Position numbers and translations under genes: made by a program. A DNA stretch of 64,000 nucleotides, from positions 11,090 to 75,089 of the forward strand of contig JASMKO010000028.1 in NCBI GenBank assembly GCA_030749225.1, in the 5' to 3' direction. This DNA is from Verrucomicrobiota bacterium. GTDB taxonomy: Bacteria > Verrucomicrobiota > Verrucomicrobiia > Limisphaerales > UBA1096. Positions 57,759-64,000 of this stretch are shown here, one piece after another. The notes beneath the pieces are model-generated. The model worked only from the letters and a program-made list of their open reading frames with translations. It ran no database searches and had not been told where the DNA came from. Within the stretch, counting starts at the first letter, position 1. Each line of letters begins with the position of its first letter.

Positions 57759-58211
57759 CTATGTGGACATCCAAGAAATGTAGGCCACCCATTGACCGTC
57801 ATCCCGTCCAAGTGTACAGGCCATGTAGCGACCCTGAGGCAGTTGTTTTGACCGGTCTGTCCTCTCCTTAAGGTCGGCCAGTTTCCACCATGGCTTACCT
57901 CGACCGATCTGGATGGACGGCTTCGCGTTATCGCCGGTTTTGAAGATGTCATTTTCCAAGAAGTCCGCCTTTTGTTCTTCGGTGAGGCAGAGCTTCAACG
58001 CCAGCGCGTCGTCGATGCCAGAGCCGAGGAAAAGGTAACCCAAACTACTGGCTCCGTCAGGAAACCGAATCCCGGTGCGCTGTGTCACTTCATTCAGTTC
58101 ATTGTTGGTGACATTGGGTGCCACCAGGTGGATGTCATCCCCAAATTCAAGGCAGCCGCAAAAAAACGCAGTTGCCATAAGGACAACTGCGTTTCGAGTA
58201 AAGTTGCGCAC
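57759..58211 (-). CDS. Hypothetical lipoprotein
   Basis: Signal-like 'VRNFTRNAVVLMATAFFCGC' with a lipobox-like Cys; no recognised family. Confidence 0.55.
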   Translation of the reverse strand: MRNFTRNAVVLMATAFFCGCLEFGDDIHLVAPNVTNNELNEVTQRTGIRFPDGASSLGYLFLGSGIDDALALKLCLTEEQKADFLENDIFKTGDNAKPSIQIGRGKPWWKLADLKERTDRSKQLPQGRYMACTLGRDDGQWVAYISWMST

Positions 58212-58221
58212 AGTTGTGCGG

Positions 58222-59262
58222 TTACTTGATGTCGAGTAACTCAACCTCGAAGATGAGGGTGGTATTCGGTGGGATCGGCCCACGGCCCTGTGGACCATAG
58301 GCAAGGTCGGATGGAATATAGAGCATCGACTTGCCGCCTTTTTTCATCAACTGCAGCCCCTCTGTCCAACCAGGAATCACGCGGTTAAGCGGGAAGGTCG
58401 CCGGCTGGCCGCGCTCGACGGAGCTGTCGAACACTTTGCCGCTGATGAACTTGCCGGTGTAATGCACAGTCACTTGGTTGGTCGCTTCCGGGCTGGCACC
58501 GGTTCCGGCGCTCAACACCTTGTAGGCCAAGCCGGAGGCGGTGGTCTTCACGCCTTCTTCTTTTTTGACCTTGGCCAGGAACGCCCCGCCCTCGGCTATG
58601 TTTTTCTCGCCTGGAGACTTGATGTTGGCACGCAGATTGGCGAACTGCGCCTCGTCGCCCTTGAACGCCACAGCCTTTTCGCCAATACGCTTGATGGTCA
58701 CTTTATTGATCTTGTCGCCCTTGGCGATGGCGTTGACGACATCCTGCCCCTTGACGACATGACCAAAGACGGTATGCCTGCCGTCGAGCCACGGCGTGGC
58801 CTTGTGGGTAATGAAAAACTGACTGCCGTTGGTGCCCGGCCCGGAGTTGGCCATGGAGAAAATCCCGGGGCCGCTGTGCTTCAGCGTCGTGTCGATTTCG
58901 TCCGGGAACTTGTAACCCGGGTCGCCCGTGCCGGTACCCTTCGGGCAGCCGCCCTGAATCATGAAGTCAGCAATCACGCGGTGAAAGTTCAAACCGTCGT
59001 AATACGCCGCACCCTTGGCATCGGCCGGTTTGCCGCCAGTTTTGGAGTAATGCTTCGTGCCCTCCGCCAGACCAACAAAGTTGGCGACCGTCATCGGGGT
59101 TTTCTCGAACTCGAGTTTACCAAGGATGGTGCCCTTGGCCGTCTCGATCTCGGCGTACAGGCCATCCGCCAGTTTTTCTTCGTTTTGTGCCATTACAGAA
59201 AACGTCGCCAGTACCATGGCTGCGGCCAAGGTGCCTTTCAAGTTATGGTTCATTTTCGCCAT
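58222..59262 (-). CDS. Peptidyl-prolyl cis-trans isomerase, cyclophilin-FKBP fusion
   Basis: Cyclophilin 'FHRVI.DFMIQGG', '[17 protein letters not shown]', followed by FKBP 'VHYTG', 'FDSS..RG', 'VIPGW.EGL', 'LIFEVEL'. Confidence 0.93.
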   Translation of the reverse strand: MAKMNHNLKGTLAAAMVLATFSVMAQNEEKLADGLYAEIETAKGTILGKLEFEKTPMTVANFVGLAEGTKHYSKTGGKPADAKGAAYYDGLNFHRVIADFMIQGGCPKGTGTGDPGYKFPDEIDTTLKHSGPGIFSMANSGPGTNGSQFFITHKATPWLDGRHTVFGHVVKGQDVVNAIAKGDKINKVTIKRIGEKAVAFKGDEAQFANLRANIKSPGEKNIAEGGAFLAKVKKEEGVKTTASGLAYKVLSAGTGASPEATNQVTVHYTGKFISGKVFDSSVERGQPATFPLNRVIPGWTEGLQLMKKGGKSMLYIPSDLAYGPQGRGPIPPNTTLIFEVELLDIK

Positions 59263-59393
59263 CGATTTCATGGGACGACAGAGGGAACCCAAAAATGCCG
59301 CCGCCCGCAATGTTTAATTCGCGCACAGGCCGCAATCGCGCCGTTCGGGATTGACCGTAAACCGGTTACGCTTTTAGCTCCCCGGCAGTAAAC

Positions 59394-61502
59394 TTGCGCG
59401 CCGCCACCCCACAACTCCCCCGCCGCTTGGCCAAACTAGGCCTGGCCTGCCTGCTCGCGGGCGGTGGCTTGGCCAACGGCGAAATCCAGTTCGACATCTT
59501 CATGGGATTCGCCGGCAAGGCGCGTCAGGGCGACTGGTTCCCGGTGACGTTCGAGATCCACAACGACGGCCCGACCTTCGACGGCCAAGTCGAGCTGCGG
59601 TCGCGCTTTGGCAGCAACCCGGTCTACCGCTACGACGTCGAACTGGCCACAAATACCCGCAAGCGTTTCACACTCCCGGTTTTTGGAGACGTCAACTCCA
59701 ACTGGACGGCCCGGCTGCGTAACGGCCGCAAGACGGTAGCCAAACATGATGAACTGAAACTCGACAGCATGGATGCACAAACCGTCCTTGTCGGTACGTT
59801 GAGCGGCCAGCAGGCCGGCGGCCCGGTGCTGCCCAAGACGCGCTTCAAGCGCCGATGGGAGAATGAACGTTTTGCCCCGGTCGTGGCGCAGCTGCAGGCG
59901 GACATCTTTCCCGACGATCCCATCGCGCTGGGCGGCCTGCGCACGCTCTACCTCAACTCCGCACGCGCCATCCACCTGCGCCCCGAGCAGGCCGCCGCCC
60001 TCACGACGTGGGTGCTCGGCGGCGGGCACCTGATGCTGGCAGTCGACCAACCCGGGGATGTCACCGGCACGCCCTGGCTGACCGGCTTGGTTCGCGGCCA
60101 GTTCGGCCCTGTGCAAAACAGTGCCGTTGGCCAAGCGCTGGGCCAATGGCTCGACGAGGCGGGCTACTCCAACGTCGGCCTTCCGGATGACGCGTTCGCC
60201 GCCGGGCAACTCGCCGCCGCCGCGGTGCGCCTGGCCAACGGCAAGGCGCTGATCGTGCACGATGACCGGCCGGTTGCCGCCAAGGCCAATCGCGGCCTTG
60301 GCCAAGTGAGCGTGCTCGGCTTCAACCCGGAGCGCGAGCCGTTCAAGTCGTGGAGGAACCGCGCCTGGTTCTGGGCGCGCTTGGCCAAGGTTTCCCCCGC
60401 TTGGTACGAGACGGAAGCGCCAGCCCAGCAGTACGGCTGGTTGCACATCGACGGCGTCTACGGCGCGATGCTCGACAGCCGACAGGTCAGCAAGCTCCCG
60501 GTCATTTGGCTGCTGCTGCTGCTCGGCGCCTACCTTGTCATCATCGGGCCGGTGGATCGCATCTGGCTCAAGCGCATCAACAAACAGATGCTCACTTGGC
60601 TGACCTTCCCGGCATATGTCGCGATTTTTTCGCTGCTGATTTATTTCATCGGCTACAAGCTGCGCGCCGGCCAACTCGAGTTGAACGAACTGCATATCGT
60701 CGATGTGCTGCCAGGGCAGCAGGAAGTTCTGCGCGGCCGTAGTTACGCGTCGATTTACTCACCGATCAACGACGACTACCGGCTTGGCGGCAGCTTCGCG
60801 CAAAGTGCCATTCGCTCCGAATATGGCGGTGCATCCCGCGGTAATGTAGGCGACTCGTTACGGATACAGCACAACATAAGAAGGCTCGAGGCTCTCGCCG
60901 AAGTGCCGATCTGGACGAGCCGCCTTCTCTGCTCCGAATGGATCGCGACAGACAACGACGGGGTCACGGCAACCCTCACCAAAAACGGATCAACCGGCTA
61001 CGAGCTGGCCCTCAGGAATGGACTCGATAAAGCAATCACTGGTGCAGCATTACTGTCGGATGGCAGAATCACCGAGTTGGAATTTCAATCGCCGCCGGGC
61101 AGCACGCGCACGCTCCGCATCCAAACCGCCGCGTCTCCTCATGCCGAAAGTGAATTTGAAAGAATCAGTGGCGGTGGAAGGTTCGAGGGTGCCGTGAAAA
61201 CCCGAAACCAGGCATTCGGCGACACCGAAAGTGGCCGGATCGATCCTATTTTGATGAACATCATCACTTGTTCCTTCCCGGCACTCCTCAGAACTGGTGA
61301 AAATCAAGAAGGCCCCCTCGTTGCCAACTTCAGCAGTTCGGGCGGACTCGACCTCTCCTCGCACGCTGAACGCGGCGGAGTCGTTCTTTTTTTGCTGGCG
61401 GAGGATCATGCGCCGATTCCTTCCACGGGGCTTTTTGAAACCAAACTTGGCCGAGCACGCACCCTGTACCGAATTCCACTCGAGACCACCAAAACCGATT
61501 AA
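59394..61502 (+). CDS. Large membrane-anchored hypothetical protein with class-I GATase-like domain, associated with an ABC ATPase
   Basis: 'G.W.PV', 'AL..WV..GG.L', 'GLG.V', TM segment 'Y..IIGPVD...LK......W.T.P'. Confidence 0.65.
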   Translation: MRAATPQLPRRLAKLGLACLLAGGGLANGEIQFDIFMGFAGKARQGDWFPVTFEIHNDGPTFDGQVELRSRFGSNPVYRYDVELATNTRKRFTLPVFGDVNSNWTARLRNGRKTVAKHDELKLDSMDAQTVLVGTLSGQQAGGPVLPKTRFKRRWENERFAPVVAQLQADIFPDDPIALGGLRTLYLNSARAIHLRPEQAAALTTWVLGGGHLMLAVDQPGDVTGTPWLTGLVRGQFGPVQNSAVGQALGQWLDEAGYSNVGLPDDAFAAGQLAAAAVRLANGKALIVHDDRPVAAKANRGLGQVSVLGFNPEREPFKSWRNRAWFWARLAKVSPAWYETEAPAQQYGWLHIDGVYGAMLDSRQVSKLPVIWLLLLLGAYLVIIGPVDRIWLKRINKQMLTWLTFPAYVAIFSLLIYFIGYKLRAGQLELNELHIVDVLPGQQEVLRGRSYASIYSPINDDYRLGGSFAQSAIRSEYGGASRGNVGDSLRIQHNIRRLEALAEVPIWTSRLLCSEWIATDNDGVTATLTKNGSTGYELALRNGLDKAITGAALLSDGRITELEFQSPPGSTRTLRIQTAASPHAESEFERISGGGRFEGAVKTRNQAFGDTESGRIDPILMNIITCSFPALLRTGENQEGPLVANFSSSGGLDLSSHAERGGVVLFLLAEDHAPIPSTGLFETKLGRARTLYRIPLETTKTD

Positions 61503-61532
61503 CGCTTTCCCAAGCGCAATCAAAACGAAACC

Positions 61533-62510
61533 ATGTCAAATGAATCGACGATCCTTCCGCCGCCCGTCTCCAATGCCGCTGTCGAGACGTTCGGCCTCAC
61601 GCGCCATTACGGCACGCTGACCGCGCTCAACCGGCTCGACCTCACCGTGAACCGGGGCGACCTCTTTGGCTTCATTGGCTCGAACGGCGCTGGCAAGACC
61701 ACCACGCTTCGCATTCTCTCGACCTTCCTCTCGCCGTCAACCGGCACCGCACGCGTCCTGGGCCACGATGTCGTTCGCGAGGCGAATCAGGTTCGGCGCA
61801 TCCTCGGCTATATGCCTGACTTCTTCGGCGTCTACAAGGACATGGAGGTCACGGAGTATCTCGACTTTTTTGCCGCGTGCTACCGCATCGGTGCAACCAA
61901 GCGCGAGCAGACCATCAACGACGTGCTCGAGCTGGTCGGCCTCAGCGAAAAAAAAGGCGCGCTCATCGGCGCGCTCAGCCGCGGCATGCAGCAACGCATC
62001 GGCCTCGCCCGCGTGCTCGTGCACGACCCGGAGATCCTACTGCTCGACGAGCCGGCCAGCGGGCTCGATCCGCGCGCGCGCATCGAAATGATGGCCATCC
62101 TGCAGGAGTTGCAGCGGCTCGGCAAAACGATCCTCATCTCTTCTCACATTCTCAGCGAACTGCAGTCGCTCTGCAACCGCGTCGCCATCATCGAGAAAGG
62201 CAGCCTGATTTACACCGGACCGGTGCAGGGGGTGCAGGATCAGTTCGCACAAAAACCGGGCTTCCGGCTTAGCGTGGCCGACAACCCGCAGCGCGCGATT
62301 GAGCTGCTGCGCGAACGCCCCGAGATCGCCGAGGCGGAGCCCGAGGAGGAGAGCGGACGAATCCGCGTCGTATTGGCCGACGGCCTGGCCAACGGCGGCG
62401 TGATCGCGGAGATCATCGTCAATAGCGGGCTCCAGCTTACTGGGCTGGAGGAGGATGAGATGGATTTGGAGGACGTATTCCTGCAGGTCACACGCGGCGA
62501 AACGCAGTAG
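61533..62510 (+). CDS. ABC transporter ATP-binding protein (ABC-2/DrrA type)
   Basis: GSNGAGKTT, 'GYMPDFFGVY', LSRGM, 'LDEPASGLDP', 'SSHIL'. Confidence 0.93.
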   Translation: MSNESTILPPPVSNAAVETFGLTRHYGTLTALNRLDLTVNRGDLFGFIGSNGAGKTTTLRILSTFLSPSTGTARVLGHDVVREANQVRRILGYMPDFFGVYKDMEVTEYLDFFAACYRIGATKREQTINDVLELVGLSEKKGALIGALSRGMQQRIGLARVLVHDPEILLLDEPASGLDPRARIEMMAILQELQRLGKTILISSHILSELQSLCNRVAIIEKGSLIYTGPVQGVQDQFAQKPGFRLSVADNPQRAIELLRERPEIAEAEPEEESGRIRVVLADGLANGGVIAEIIVNSGLQLTGLEEDEMDLEDVFLQVTRGETQ

Positions 62511-62522
62511 CCGCCCCGCTGA

Positions 62523-63380
62523 TCAGTCGCCGGTAAACCGGTTCAACCGCGAACGGACGTCTTGCCTAAACCGCTCAATGCACTCATCAATATATCCGGC
62601 AATGTTCATCGATGGATCATCCACAAGCGGCTTCAAGTCCATCGCGTAACTGGCCATCTTTGAGTGATCAACCGCATGCGAATCGTAAAACGTCGCGTTG
62701 CCCCGCAGCCGCCCTTCCAGCGCTAGGTCGTAGCGTTTGCCACCACTGATCTGTGAATCGAAAATGCTAATGAGTGCGCGAACCAAATTGGGTCGGTTAT
62801 TCAATTCGAGTAGTACCTTTTCACTATCGAGCAACCAGTTGAGATCGCGCCAGACTTCTACACCGTAAATCTTCGCGGGCTGAACGTCCTTCGGCAGTTC
62901 TCGCAACGCTTGGATCAGCGGCACGACCACCGCGACATGCGTATCGTGTTTATCGGCGAGGTTGTGCGTGTAAATCACCTGCGGCCGGGCCGCCGCGAGG
63001 ATCGTTCGCAAGTCGGCGGTGTAGTCGCTGTTGCCCGGCTGTTTCACCGCCGAGCTGGGGTAGTCAAGCTGCGCCATGAACGCGTACTCGCCGACAACAG
63101 ACGCCTTGCGCTGTTCTTCGGCGCGCACAACCTGCATCTGTTCGTCGGTATAGCCAGCATACTCGTTGGCTCGCGAACTGCCGGCACCATTGGTTACCGT
63201 CACGCCGCCAAACCACGCCTGCGGCTGCTTGTAGCAGGCGAGGATGCCGTGCAGCGCCATCACCTCAAGGTCGTCCTGATGCGCGCCGACGCCGAGGTGG
63301 GTCGTGCGGCCAAGCGCCTGGTCCGGTTCATTGTCGTCGGGGATGAACAGGTCGGCGCTCGGGTTGGCAAACTGGATCAT
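62523..63380 (-). CDS. PIG-L/LmbE-family deacetylase
   Basis: 'AHQDDLE', 'T.G', 'R..EQ..A', 'TH...DKHDTH' metal-binding motifs. Confidence 0.85.
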   Translation of the reverse strand: MIQFANPSADLFIPDDNEPDQALGRTTHLGVGAHQDDLEVMALHGILACYKQPQAWFGGVTVTNGAGSSRANEYAGYTDEQMQVVRAEEQRKASVVGEYAFMAQLDYPSSAVKQPGNSDYTADLRTILAAARPQVIYTHNLADKHDTHVAVVVPLIQALRELPKDVQPAKIYGVEVWRDLNWLLDSEKVLLELNNRPNLVRALISIFDSQISGGKRYDLALEGRLRGNATFYDSHAVDHSKMASYAMDLKPLVDDPSMNIAGYIDECIERFRQDVRSRLNRFTGD

Positions 63381-63477
63381 AATCGCAATGGGGAACGCGG
63401 CCGGGAAACGCCGCTTGGCCAAGTCAATCCGCTTGGCCAAGTTTCGTCAAGCGCTTGGCCGCAGGGTACAAAATCAT

Positions 63478-64000
63478 TCAGCGTTCCACAGTCAGAGCGA
63501 ACAGCTTGGCATTACTAAGGTGGACTCTCACTTGATATTGGCCGGTGGCCAGGTTCGCCATGGTTTTTCCTTTCCATTTCACCGGGTGTTGTAGGCTATC
63601 CCCAGCGATGGCGATCGAGTGATCCCGCGTGAAATTGGCAACCCGGTAGCCTTCAGCCGTCAGAAGTTCGACCCTCACCTCGCCGGCGGCGGAATCCGCA
63701 TTTAGCGTTAGCCGCTTCGCATTGCGCAGTTCAATCGGCTTAAGTGTGATCTGGGCGATACCATCTTGCGGCTCGATGGCTACAAACCTGTCACGTTTAA
63801 GGGTTGCAAGACCGATGCCGGTGGAATTTTTTTCTAAATCCGAATTCCATCCGGGATAGGCACCATAATAAAACCGGGTTTCCTCCGGAAGATGAATGGG
63901 GGTTGAACTGGTCCAAAGACAGCCGGCGTCAAACGAGTCACCCTTACCGGTCACCGGGAGAAACATTTTATCCCGAAAAGGCCGATGCCAATGGACGCCG
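63478..64000 (-). CDS. C-terminal part of a glycoside-hydrolase-like beta-propeller protein, truncated by the window edge
   Basis: 'FYYG', 'IGLATL.RD.FV', 'L.LNAD...G.VRVEL', 'GDSL...V.W', 'AKLFA' C-terminal pattern. Confidence 0.55.
   Translation of the reverse strand, partial: GVHWHRPFRDKMFLPVTGKGDSFDAGCLWTSSTPIHLPEETRFYYGAYPGWNSDLEKNSTGIGLATLKRDRFVAIEPQDGIAQITLKPIELRNAKRLTLNADSAAGEVRVELLTAEGYRVANFTRDHSIAIAGDSLQHPVKWKGKTMANLATGQYQVRVHLSNAKLFALTVER

Larger units (their letters stand above)
279..63441. repeat. Dispersed highly iterated palindrome CTTGGCCAAG (extended form CGCTTGGCCAAGCG)
   Basis: About 43 exact copies counted manually between 279 and 63441, plus dozens of one-mismatch copies. 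Confidence 0.95.

Noticed and set aside
279-63441. CTTGGCCAAG copies as a CRISPR array, REP/BIME elements or MITE ends
   Set aside because: Copies are only 10-20 bp, irregularly spaced and mostly inside intact ORFs, with no spacers, cas genes, shared internal sequence or transposase.

Overview
GC-rich (roughly 60-65% by eye), gene-dense bacterial chromosomal window. The gene content points to a PVC-superphylum organism, most likely Verrucomicrobiota (inference): a prepilin/H-X9-DG protein, an FG-GAP/ASPIC-UnbV protein, two sulfatases, a CotH-family protein and PVC-type ABC permeases. Housekeeping genes include hisB, trxB, thrC, hom, purD, dapF, an EF-G paralog, clpP-clpX and tRNA-Leu(TAA). 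They are interspersed with transporters (mod-type ABC, sugar ABC, AGCS, DMT, TauE, TerC) and hypothetical genes. I saw no transposase, integrase, prophage or CRISPR array. The dominant unexplained signal is a highly iterated 10-bp palindrome, CTTGGCCAAG, often extended to (C)GCTTGGCCAAGC(G). I counted about 43 exact copies by eye plus many one-mismatch copies. They lie inside genes in all three reading frames and are over-represented at gene junctions, resembling cyanobacterial HIP1 but with a different motif. Other notable features: a sigma-54 promoter with tandem 16-bp palindromic upstream sites, an AT-rich in-frame module inside an ABC permease, a ModB with a large inserted soluble region next to a tandem-domain ModA, a CotH gene inserted antisense within a sugar ABC operon, and an internally deleted GT9-like remnant. 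All counts and GC values are manual and should be recomputed.
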